Assembly: GCA_964453515.1 (NCBI GenBank)
Contig: CAYVOS010000001.1
Location: 1 to 28,827 of the forward strand
Source of the DNA: an uncultured Candidatus Saccharibacteria bacterium
Lineage (GTDB): Bacteria; Patescibacteriota; Saccharimonadia; Saccharimonadales; UBA4665
Direction: 5' to 3'
DNA: 28,827 nt
Every line of letters starts with the position of its first letter. Position 1 is the first letter of the stretch. Under the pieces are notes generated by a model. That model was not told where the DNA came from. It ran no database searches and worked only from the letters and a program-made list of their open reading frames with translations. Position numbers and translations under genes: made by a program. Positions 17,901 to 25,451 of the stretch are shown piece after piece.

Positions 17901-19432
17901 GTATCAAATCACATCTGCACCACCGATCAAAGCCGACAACGAAACCTAGCACAGCATCTATTGGTTTCGCTAATGAGCACGTCGGTATTATTGCATCCCT
18001 GCGCGGCCTGATGGTGGAGGTACAAATCCTAGAGGCATGTCCAGAAGAAAAAGAACTCTTGATCGTCAATGAATACCCCGAGGTATTTTTAGAGGTCAGC
18101 TATTTCCGCGGCGATGCAGCCGTATGCATTAATCTCACGAACAACCAGATGCTCCGTTGTGGTCAAAAAGTTAGCCGCAGCCACCGTAAGGTATCGATCC
18201 CGGTAGGACAAAAGACGATGGGCCGAGTTTTCAATGCACTTGGGGAACCGCTTGACGAAGCACCCGCAGTCACCGATAATACCCGCCCAATTGCCGAGCC
18301 AACGGGAACAAAAAGCTACCGTAATAGCCAAAAACTTGAACTTCTGGAGACGGGACTTAAGGTTATTGACTTCCTAACCCCATTCGTGAAGGGTCGCAAG
18401 GTCGGTGTCATTGGCGGTGCCGGTGTTGGTAAAACAGTGCTTACTATGGAGATGATCCATAACGTCACTCGAAATAAAGACAGCCTCTCTATCTATTGCG
18501 GTGTCGGCGAACGTATCCGTGAGGGTAACGAGCTCTACGAAACCCTGAAAGACACCGACGTACTCAAAAACACAGTCATGTACTTCGGGCAAATGGACTC
18601 TACCGCCGCTATAAGATCTATGGTTGCCCCAGCAGCCGCTACCGCAGCAGAATATTTCCGGGATGAGGAAGGCCGGGATATTCTATTCTTCGTTGACAAC
18701 ATATACCGTCATATTCAAGCATTAACCGAACTTTCCACTAACTTAGGGCTGATTCCTTCGGAGGGTGGCTACTCGCCCCTGGTATTCTCTGAATTGCGTC
18801 GGCTGCAGGATCGGCTAAGCTCGACCGAGCATGGTACCGTTACTTCCGTGCAAGCCGTCTATGTTCCCGCCGACGACTTAACTGACCCGGCAGTGCAAGC
18901 TATTTCACAGCAGCTCGACTCGGTACTTGTGCTTTCACGTTCTATCGCAGAGCAGGGGATCCGACCTGCTGTCGATCTCTTGAAGACAACCTCTTCCCTT
19001 CTTACCCCGCAGATCGTTGGCCAACGTCACTATGAACTGGCAGGTCGCGTACAGGCCATCATGCAAAAATATGATTCACTGAAGAATATTATTGCCATCG
19101 TCGGTGAAAACGAACTTTCACCGGTTGACCGAGCCGACTACCAAAATGCTAAAAAACTGATTCAGTTCTTTAACCAAGATTTCTCAGTTGCCGAGAAGTT
19201 TAGTGGCCGGCCAGGCGAATACTACACGCTTGAACAAACACTGGATGGCATTGAAGCGATTATCGGTGTTAAAGCCGTAACTGATAGCTCTACTCCAGTC
19301 CCCGCAAAAGCAGATGTAGCTCCTCCTAAAGCAAAGCCGTCAGACACTTCACCGAAGCCGGTAGAAGACAAGACTAAAAGTGATAAAGAAGAGCACAAGC
19401 ACGGACTCTTAGATGCCTTCCACCACCACTAA
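17897..19432 (+). CDS. atpD: F1-type ATPase subunit beta, divergent
   Basis: GRVFNALGEPLD, ETGLKVID, Walker A GGAGVGKT, catalytic GVGERIREG, FVDNIYR, VQAVYVPADDLTDPA; ATGA overlap with gamma; low-complexity tail. Confidence 0.95.
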   Translation: MSIKSHLHHRSKPTTKPSTASIGFANEHVGIIASLRGLMVEVQILEACPEEKELLIVNEYPEVFLEVSYFRGDAAVCINLTNNQMLRCGQKVSRSHRKVSIPVGQKTMGRVFNALGEPLDEAPAVTDNTRPIAEPTGTKSYRNSQKLELLETGLKVIDFLTPFVKGRKVGVIGGAGVGKTVLTMEMIHNVTRNKDSLSIYCGVGERIREGNELYETLKDTDVLKNTVMYFGQMDSTAAIRSMVAPAAATAAEYFRDEEGRDILFFVDNIYRHIQALTELSTNLGLIPSEGGYSPLVFSELRRLQDRLSSTEHGTVTSVQAVYVPADDLTDPAVQAISQQLDSVLVLSRSIAEQGIRPAVDLLKTTSSLLTPQIVGQRHYELAGRVQAIMQKYDSLKNIIAIVGENELSPVDRADYQNAKKLIQFFNQDFSVAEKFSGRPGEYYTLEQTLDGIEAIIGVKAVTDSSTPVPAKADVAPPKAKPSDTSPKPVEDKTKSDKEEHKHGLLDAFHHH

Positions 19433-19682
19433 AATAGTACTTACGGTTATTGCAAGAGCACCTTTTCATGTCTATTACGAGGGTGAGGCTCTAGCAGTAT
19501 CGGCCACTAATGCCGTGGGGCCGTTCGATATCTTGCCAGGTCATGCCGACTTTTTCTCTATACTCGACCCTGGCAATGTTGCCATTCTGACTGACCCCAG
19601 TACGGAGCCAATGACCTTCGAAATAACTAACGGGATCGTTGCCGTTCGCAACGACGAAGTAATGCTCTTCATCAATATATAG
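19413..19682 (+). CDS. atpC: F1-type ATPase subunit epsilon, beta-sandwich domain only
   Basis: 89 aa; GPFDILPGHADF motif and ITNGIVAV..DEV; no C-terminal helical hairpin; last gene of the operon. Confidence 0.8.
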   Translation: MPSTTTKIVLTVIARAPFHVYYEGEALAVSATNAVGPFDILPGHADFFSILDPGNVAILTDPSTEPMTFEITNGIVAVRNDEVMLFINI

Positions 19683-19684
19683 AC

Positions 19685-20722
19685 TTACTGCTCAACAATG
19701 TAGTCAAATTCGTGACCGCCTTGAGTGATTGAACTTACGCCAATATCAAAGCCGCCTGTACTCGGGTCTACGTAAACGTTGTCAGCACCCGGTCCTACTG
19801 CTGTTACAACTACTTTGGGTATGTTGCTGTAACCGCTACGGAATGCCACATATGCCACCGTAGCACCCCCATTACAGCTAGAACCAGCCCCCACATTTAC
19901 ATCGACAGTACCTGCCGCATCGTTACCACTTATCGAAACGGTTCCATTCTGGCCTATACAGGATGAATTACCCGGCGAAACACCAGGAGCAGATCCCTGG
20001 GTAATCACGTGGCCGCCAAAGGTTAGGCCATAATCGGATACCAAACTACTCGTATGGAGACTCCCAACCGCCAACGTTCCGCCCACAGCTAGATTCCCCG
20101 ATATGTTTTCACCACCCTGCACCGTTAACAATTGCGAAAGTGTAGTTGGCCCCTGGAAATTGCTTGTGCCGGTAACTGTTAATTGACTTCTGACATTTAA
20201 ATTAGAAACTGTCCCGTTGCCATTTACGTTTAACTGTTGTAATGACGTATTGCCAGCTTGTAGTTGTGTAATATTTGCATTACTGACGGTTAATGCCTTA
20301 TTCAGGTTCAAAACTCCGCCCACACTTACATTGCCTGCTACCTGTAGGTCTCCGTTAAATATTGCGTTAGGGTTTACGGTTAACACTATGCCGGAATCGC
20401 CAACGGGATTTTGGTTCACGCCTATCTTATTCAAGGCCGCTTGGCTAATCGTAACCTGACCCTGCGCCTGCTGAATCTTCTTATCCTGTCCTTTAATAAT
20501 GAACGCGATGACAGCGACGTTCACGCCAAGAATTAAGATGACCACCGCAAGTCCGATAAAAGTAGCCCTATGGCTCGGGCGGTACGAACCACGTCGAATA
20601 CGCTTCGGTGAAGCCTCTCGTTTTGGCGTCGCATCTATCGCAGATGGATTTTTGGCCAATTCATCGCGTTTCGCGTTTAGCGATTCTGGTGCTGGCGCCT
20701 GATCTTTAGATGGATCGTCCAT
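19685..20722 (-). CDS. Membrane-anchored (N-in) beta-rich fibre/adhesin-like protein
   Basis: Charged N-terminus, one TM helix (TFIGLAVVILILGVNVAVIAFII), repeated L.V.G.. strands (GDLQVAGNVSVGG, GNLAVGGTLAVG), C-terminal domain with a Cys pair. Confidence 0.6.
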   Translation of the reverse strand: MDDPSKDQAPAPESLNAKRDELAKNPSAIDATPKREASPKRIRRGSYRPSHRATFIGLAVVILILGVNVAVIAFIIKGQDKKIQQAQGQVTISQAALNKIGVNQNPVGDSGIVLTVNPNAIFNGDLQVAGNVSVGGVLNLNKALTVSNANITQLQAGNTSLQQLNVNGNGTVSNLNVRSQLTVTGTSNFQGPTTLSQLLTVQGGENISGNLAVGGTLAVGSLHTSSLVSDYGLTFGGHVITQGSAPGVSPGNSSCIGQNGTVSISGNDAAGTVDVNVGAGSSCNGGATVAYVAFRSGYSNIPKVVVTAVGPGADNVYVDPSTGGFDIGVSSITQGGHEFDYIVEQ

Positions 20723-20749
20723 CTCCCCTTACCCTATTATTTCTCTGTT

Positions 20750-20779
20750 ATTATAGCGCTTACGCTGAAGCATGAGCAA
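20750..20779 (-). promoter_or_regulatory. Probable promoter of the 19685..20722 gene
   Basis: TTGCTC-18 nt-TATAAT on the minus strand, 27 nt upstream of the ATG at 20722. Confidence 0.5.
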
Positions 20780-20850
20780 ATCTTTAGTCCTAATCGAATA
20801 TGAGCGTTAGCAATTTGCAAAATAAGCGTTTTTCGACAAGAATTATATGT

Positions 20851-21612
20851 ATGAAGCAGTGGCTTGGGAGACTAGTAGCCTTGTTCGTGGTATTTGCTGT
20901 AAGCAGTGGATTAATTATTGGTACCGCTTATGCTGATTCCTCATCGTCTGCTCACTATACTATACAAAACTCGGAGGTGGGCGGAGGTGGCATCGGCACA
21001 TCCAGTTCACCTAACTTCCAGTCAGTACTATCGACCGCCGACAATGCAGTCAGTAGTGGCAGCAGTGACCCCTCTTCAACCAATTATTCGGTAGCAGCCG
21101 GGTCGGTTACACCGCATACTCCGACCCTTTCAATTGCAATTCTGAACAGTAACACAACCTTTAACACCATGTTTAGCCCGACTACTACATCTACTGCCGC
21201 CGCACAGTTTTCTGTAGAAGACTACACAAGCTATGGCTATGTAGTGCAGATCGTTGGCAATACCCCCACCAACGGCTCCCATTCTATTCCTGCCATGAGC
21301 AACGGGAGTGGTGGCCCAACTACACCGTCAACCGGCTATGAACAATTTGGTATTAATCTTGTAGCCAACACATCGCCAAGCGTCGGCTCGAACCCGAGCT
21401 ATGGACAATTCGGCGCAACCACTGCCAAGCCAGAACCAAACTATGATACGGCGAATAATTTTCTTTACTCCAGCGGTGACTCGATTGCTTCATCACCAAA
21501 AAGCTCCGGACTAATCACATACACTATTAGCTATGTGGTTGATGTGAGCGACCTGACACCGGGGGGGCAGTACACCAGCAACCAGTCCATCATTTGTACC
21601 GGTACTTACTAG
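20851..21612 (+). CDS. Secreted WxL-like surface protein (short paralogue)
   Basis: Signal peptide ending TAYA; Ser/Thr-rich; shares FSP..., GY...., FG.NL and G.YT....IC..TY segments with the next two genes. Start 20851 preferred over track start 20800. Confidence 0.65.
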   Translation: MKQWLGRLVALFVVFAVSSGLIIGTAYADSSSSAHYTIQNSEVGGGGIGTSSSPNFQSVLSTADNAVSSGSSDPSSTNYSVAAGSVTPHTPTLSIAILNSNTTFNTMFSPTTTSTAAAQFSVEDYTSYGYVVQIVGNTPTNGSHSIPAMSNGSGGPTTPSTGYEQFGINLVANTSPSVGSNPSYGQFGATTAKPEPNYDTANNFLYSSGDSIASSPKSSGLITYTISYVVDVSDLTPGGQYTSNQSIICTGTY

Positions 21613-21684
21613 GGTTTAGATAGGTATAACAGGGCATGAGCTATGTTTTCAAAAATACCTGTGGATAACCGTTTTGATATACTG

Positions 21685-21714
21685 TTGACCGCACAATAAA
21701 GCTTGTGCTAAACT
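21685..21714 (+). promoter_or_regulatory. Probable promoter of the 21754 gene
   Basis: TTGACC-18 nt-TAAACT with TG extension, embedded in GCTTGTGCT. Confidence 0.55.
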
Positions 21715-21753
21715 TCGGTCAGTATCTAAAAAAATAAAGACTTAAAAATAAAA

Positions 21754-23070
21754 ATGGTTCGGAAAGTAAATATTAACAGATTCTTGAGCGGATTAGGCGC
21801 CTTGGTTTTAGTAATTGGCCTAGTAGCACAAGCAGTATTCCCTCAACTGGCACACGCGATACCTGCCCAGCAAATTACCAACCGTAGCCTTCTACTTGAA
21901 CCGGGCGCAACAGCCGGTGGTTCGCTGGCAGGCGGTACCGTAAACCATAAGTTTACTTTCACATTGAATGACACGACCGACAGCCTTGGCTCAATCGCCT
22001 TTCAGTACTGTACTACCGCTACGGCAGTTGCAGGCGGCATTGGATGCGTTGCACCAATAGGTGTTAGTACATCCGGTGTCACCCTTGGAGTGGTGTCTGG
22101 AGCTACCGGATGGGGTGCGCCGACCGCCGAAAAAGGATGGGATGATGCTGGCGATACAGTGTATAACGGTGTCTTACTTACGAGAACTGCAGCAGCTCTA
22201 GGTGCTGTGACTAACGTTACCATTGAACTTGATAACATAGTTAACCCAACCGCCGTAAACCAGACCTTCTTTGTACGAATCTGGACATTGACCGCAACAA
22301 CCGTTACTTATACCCCTGCGACCGGTGCGCCACTTATTGCCGCAGACACCAACGACGCTGGAACCGTTGCCGCCTCGACTGCATCTCCAATCCAACTCAC
22401 CGGGACGATGCCCGAATCACTCGTCTTTTGTACCGGTGCGACTATAGCCATCAGTACCACCACCACCTTGCCAGATTGCACAACAGCTACCAGCGGTAGC
22501 ATTAGCTTTAACCAGCTGTTTAGCCCTAACAGTACCTCATGGGCGACCTCGCAAATGGCCGCAAGTACGAACGCTGGTAAGGGGTACCAAATTACGCTCG
22601 CTGGGCAGACCATGAAATCGGGGACAAATTCAATTGCCGCCATTGGAGCGACCGCAACGAAGAGCATACCTGGGACTGCGCAGTTTGGCTTGAACTTAAT
22701 TGATGATAAAAACCCAACAGCCCCAATTGTAACTGACCCAACAATTGGTACCGGTTCAGCTAACCCCATTACCTACTGGAATGGAGACGCAGCCGGTACG
22801 GGTGGAGCTATCAATCCTGCTTCAAATGGCACCAGTTTCTACGCACTCCCCAACACTGGGTTCAATGGAGCTGGCGACCCCAACAACTATCCTACTTACT
22901 CGTTTAGCAGCACTGGGGTCAATACCGTAGCGGAGAGTAACTACGGCGGTACGCTCAGCCCAACGAACAGCCAACGGTATACTTCAACTTACATCGTTAA
23001 CGTCCCAGGTAACCAACCTGCCGGTACCTACACCACAACATTAACCTACATCTGTACGGCAACATATTAG
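21754..23070 (+). CDS. Secreted WxL-like surface protein, paralogue 1
   Basis: Signal peptide ending LAHA; Thr/Gly/Ala-rich beta protein; ends NQPAGTYTTTLTYICTATY, similar to the WxL G.Y...LTW.L terminal strand. Confidence 0.7.
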   Translation: MVRKVNINRFLSGLGALVLVIGLVAQAVFPQLAHAIPAQQITNRSLLLEPGATAGGSLAGGTVNHKFTFTLNDTTDSLGSIAFQYCTTATAVAGGIGCVAPIGVSTSGVTLGVVSGATGWGAPTAEKGWDDAGDTVYNGVLLTRTAAALGAVTNVTIELDNIVNPTAVNQTFFVRIWTLTATTVTYTPATGAPLIAADTNDAGTVAASTASPIQLTGTMPESLVFCTGATIAISTTTTLPDCTTATSGSISFNQLFSPNSTSWATSQMAASTNAGKGYQITLAGQTMKSGTNSIAAIGATATKSIPGTAQFGLNLIDDKNPTAPIVTDPTIGTGSANPITYWNGDAAGTGGAINPASNGTSFYALPNTGFNGAGDPNNYPTYSFSSTGVNTVAESNYGGTLSPTNSQRYTSTYIVNVPGNQPAGTYTTTLTYICTATY

Positions 23071-23104
23071 GAGAGATTTCCACAGCAACCTTACTGATAA
23101 TGCT

Positions 23105-23134
23105 TTGACGCGGGCTTTAAGCTCATGCTAATAT
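23105..23134 (+). promoter_or_regulatory. Probable promoter of the 23141 gene, possibly giving a leaderless transcript
   Basis: TTGACG-18 nt-TAATAT with TG extension, embedded in GCTCATGCT; the ATG follows 6 nt after the -10 and has no SD. Confidence 0.55.
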
Positions 23135-23140
23135 TCACGC

Positions 23141-24370
23141 ATGACTGTGAGTATGAAGCGTGCGCCTTTTTTGGTTGCAACTACTTCTTTGGTAGCAATA
23201 ACCCTGGTATTCTCACTGCTAGCTGGTATCGCCTATGCATCTGGTCAGATTACAAATCGTAGCCTTACCTTGCAAAACGGTGTCACAGATGGCGGTTCAA
23301 AACCAAGTGGTGTCGTTAAACACCTCTTTACATTCACCTTACCCGTTTCAGCCGCCGGACAATCAATTGTTTTTAAGTACTGCACCACGGCAGACATCGA
23401 CGCCGGCGGTACCTGTACTGCGCCACATGGCCTTGATACCGTGACAAGCACAACGCTGGGAGCTGCGACAGGTGATGCAACGGGAGCAACATTAGTAAAT
23501 ACGACTCAAGCTGCGCCACTTGTTAATCTGGGGACAGCCGTAACACCTGCTGGCACGACTGTGTCTACCGTTCAGCTAGCTAGCGTCAAGAACCCGGACG
23601 GCACTGACTGTACTACAACCACCAGCTGTACGTTCTATGTTAACATTCAGTTCTGGAGTGCAACCGGTGGCACCGGAACACTACTTTCTTCCGGTACTGT
23701 AGCGGCAACAGTCAACCCTCAAATAACGCTTACGGGGACGATGCCTGAATCACTCATCTTCTGTACTGGTGGCACCATTTCTAAGAATTCCAGTGGTATC
23801 CCAGACTGTACTACCGCTACAAGTGGTAGTGTCACATTCAATAAATTGTTCTCGCCAATAGGTACAGCCTTTGCAACCTCCCAATTAGCGGCCAGTACCA
23901 ACGCTACGCACGGTTACTCGATCACGGTCTCAGGACCACAACTTGCGAGCGGCACGAATTATATCCCCGGTGTCGGCGCCACGGCTAAGACCTCAACTAG
24001 TACTGTTGGTACAAGTGTCTTTGGTATGAATTTAGTCGCAGACACTGACGCCGCAGCTTCGACTCCAGCACTTTCACCTGCCAGCGCAAGTATTACACCC
24101 GTATCTGATGGTGTTAACTATTGGGGTATCGCACAAGCGAACTTTAACACGAGCAGTAGCTATGCATTCGCTGATTCTGGTCCTACCGGAGGCACACTTA
24201 CCCTCAACAATATTGCTGCCAGTGACTACGGCGCCAGCGGTCCGACCGGTACTAGTGAACCAACTGAAGGCCAGATATACACAGCAACCTACATGGTCAA
24301 CGCCGCTGCAAACCAGCCTGCCGGTACGTACACAACCACACTAACGTACATCTGTACGGCTACCTACTAG
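23141..24370 (+). CDS. Secreted WxL-like surface protein, paralogue 2
   Basis: Signal peptide ending IAYA; shares QITNRSL, H.FTFTL, YCTTA, LTGTMPESL.FCTG, PDCTTATSGS and an identical 19-aa C-terminus with paralogue 1. Confidence 0.7.
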   Translation: MTVSMKRAPFLVATTSLVAITLVFSLLAGIAYASGQITNRSLTLQNGVTDGGSKPSGVVKHLFTFTLPVSAAGQSIVFKYCTTADIDAGGTCTAPHGLDTVTSTTLGAATGDATGATLVNTTQAAPLVNLGTAVTPAGTTVSTVQLASVKNPDGTDCTTTTSCTFYVNIQFWSATGGTGTLLSSGTVAATVNPQITLTGTMPESLIFCTGGTISKNSSGIPDCTTATSGSVTFNKLFSPIGTAFATSQLAASTNATHGYSITVSGPQLASGTNYIPGVGATAKTSTSTVGTSVFGMNLVADTDAAASTPALSPASASITPVSDGVNYWGIAQANFNTSSSYAFADSGPTGGTLTLNNIAASDYGASGPTGTSEPTEGQIYTATYMVNAAANQPAGTYTTTLTYICTATY

Positions 24371-24373
24371 AGC

Positions 24374-25414
24374 ATGAAGAAATATCTATCATATATCTCG
24401 GTTGGTCTTAGTTTACTCATTTTTCTCGTGGGTACTGATGCTCCTGGAGTTGCTGCAATCGTGCAAACGGCTGCAGCTACAAAAGGTCTTACGGCTGGAC
24501 AGGCACTTGAGATTGCACCGCCACTCATCACGCTGACCGCCAACCCTGGGCAAGTAATTAATACCACTATCCAGTTGCGTAACATTACGAGAACTAATCT
24601 TGAAGTCACTAACGAAATAGATGATTTTGTAGCTGCCGGTGAAGGTGGTACTCCAAAAATTTTAACCGGAAATGACAGTAATAACCCCTTTCAGTTAAAA
24701 CAATGGATCTCTCCGCTTCCTGCGTTCACATTGACCCCGAACCAGATACAGATGCTTCCTGTAGTCATACGGGTACCGAAAAACGCCTCACCCGGTGGCC
24801 ACTACGGTGTTATCCGGTTCACCGGCGTACCACCACAGCTAAAAGGAACTGGGGTTTCCCTGTCGGCTAGTTTGGGATCCTTGGTTCTATTGACCGTTAA
24901 TGGCGACCTTAAGCATCAGTTGTCTGTGACTGATTTTGCAGTAAGTCAGGATAACAAAGTAGGTAAGCTGTTTCAGTCAACGCCGTTGACGTTCATTGTG
25001 AAGCTGAAAGACAGTGGCAACATACAGGAAGAACCGGAAGGACAAATTGTTGTAACGGACATGTTCGGTAGGGCGGTAGCTAGCTCCACCATTAACGTAC
25101 CTCCGCGGAATGTGTTACCGGACAGTACACGCATGTTTACGGGACCTCTTGACCATTCCAATCTCGGCAATAGACAATTATTTGGCCTTTACCATGCAAA
25201 ATTAACTGCAAGATATGGTGTCGGCAATGGCCTCACTACCACTGCTATGACGACATTTTGGGTTATACCGTACAAGTTAATTGCCATAGTCATCTTCCTG
25301 CTTATCCTAGCATTCTTTGTGATCAAGTTCATGCTCAAGCAATACAAGAAGAAGATTATTAAACAAACTACGGGTCGCTCAGCTAAACAGTCAACCAAAC
25401 GACGCCGCATGTAG
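24374..25414 (+). CDS. DUF916/DUF3324-like (WxL-interacting-type) membrane-anchored protein
   Basis: Signal peptide; IAPPLITLTANPGQ..I.LRN, VP.NASPGGHYG.IRF and SG N..EP.G..V.D.FG segments; C-terminal TM helix with a strongly basic tail; directly after the WxL-like genes. Confidence 0.65.
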   Translation: MKKYLSYISVGLSLLIFLVGTDAPGVAAIVQTAAATKGLTAGQALEIAPPLITLTANPGQVINTTIQLRNITRTNLEVTNEIDDFVAAGEGGTPKILTGNDSNNPFQLKQWISPLPAFTLTPNQIQMLPVVIRVPKNASPGGHYGVIRFTGVPPQLKGTGVSLSASLGSLVLLTVNGDLKHQLSVTDFAVSQDNKVGKLFQSTPLTFIVKLKDSGNIQEEPEGQIVVTDMFGRAVASSTINVPPRNVLPDSTRMFTGPLDHSNLGNRQLFGLYHAKLTARYGVGNGLTTTAMTTFWVIPYKLIAIVIFLLILAFFVIKFMLKQYKKKIIKQTTGRSAKQSTKRRRM

Positions 25415-25451
25415 TCCTAATCAAAGAGTATGTAGGTGGTACAATAAGCAT

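Noticed and set aside
13480-19682. Calling the operon a normal F1Fo ATP synthase, an N-ATPase or a flagellar/T3SS FliI ATPase
   Set aside because: No subunit a and no c carboxylate. Gene order is not the N-ATPase atpDCQRBEFAG. Separate alpha, beta, gamma, delta and epsilon genes exclude a homohexameric export ATPase.
21660-21668. Perfect DnaA box (TGTGGATAA) as a replication origin
   Set aside because: Single copy, with no box cluster, no unwinding element and no dnaA/dnaN nearby. It could be a chance match or a lone regulatory site.
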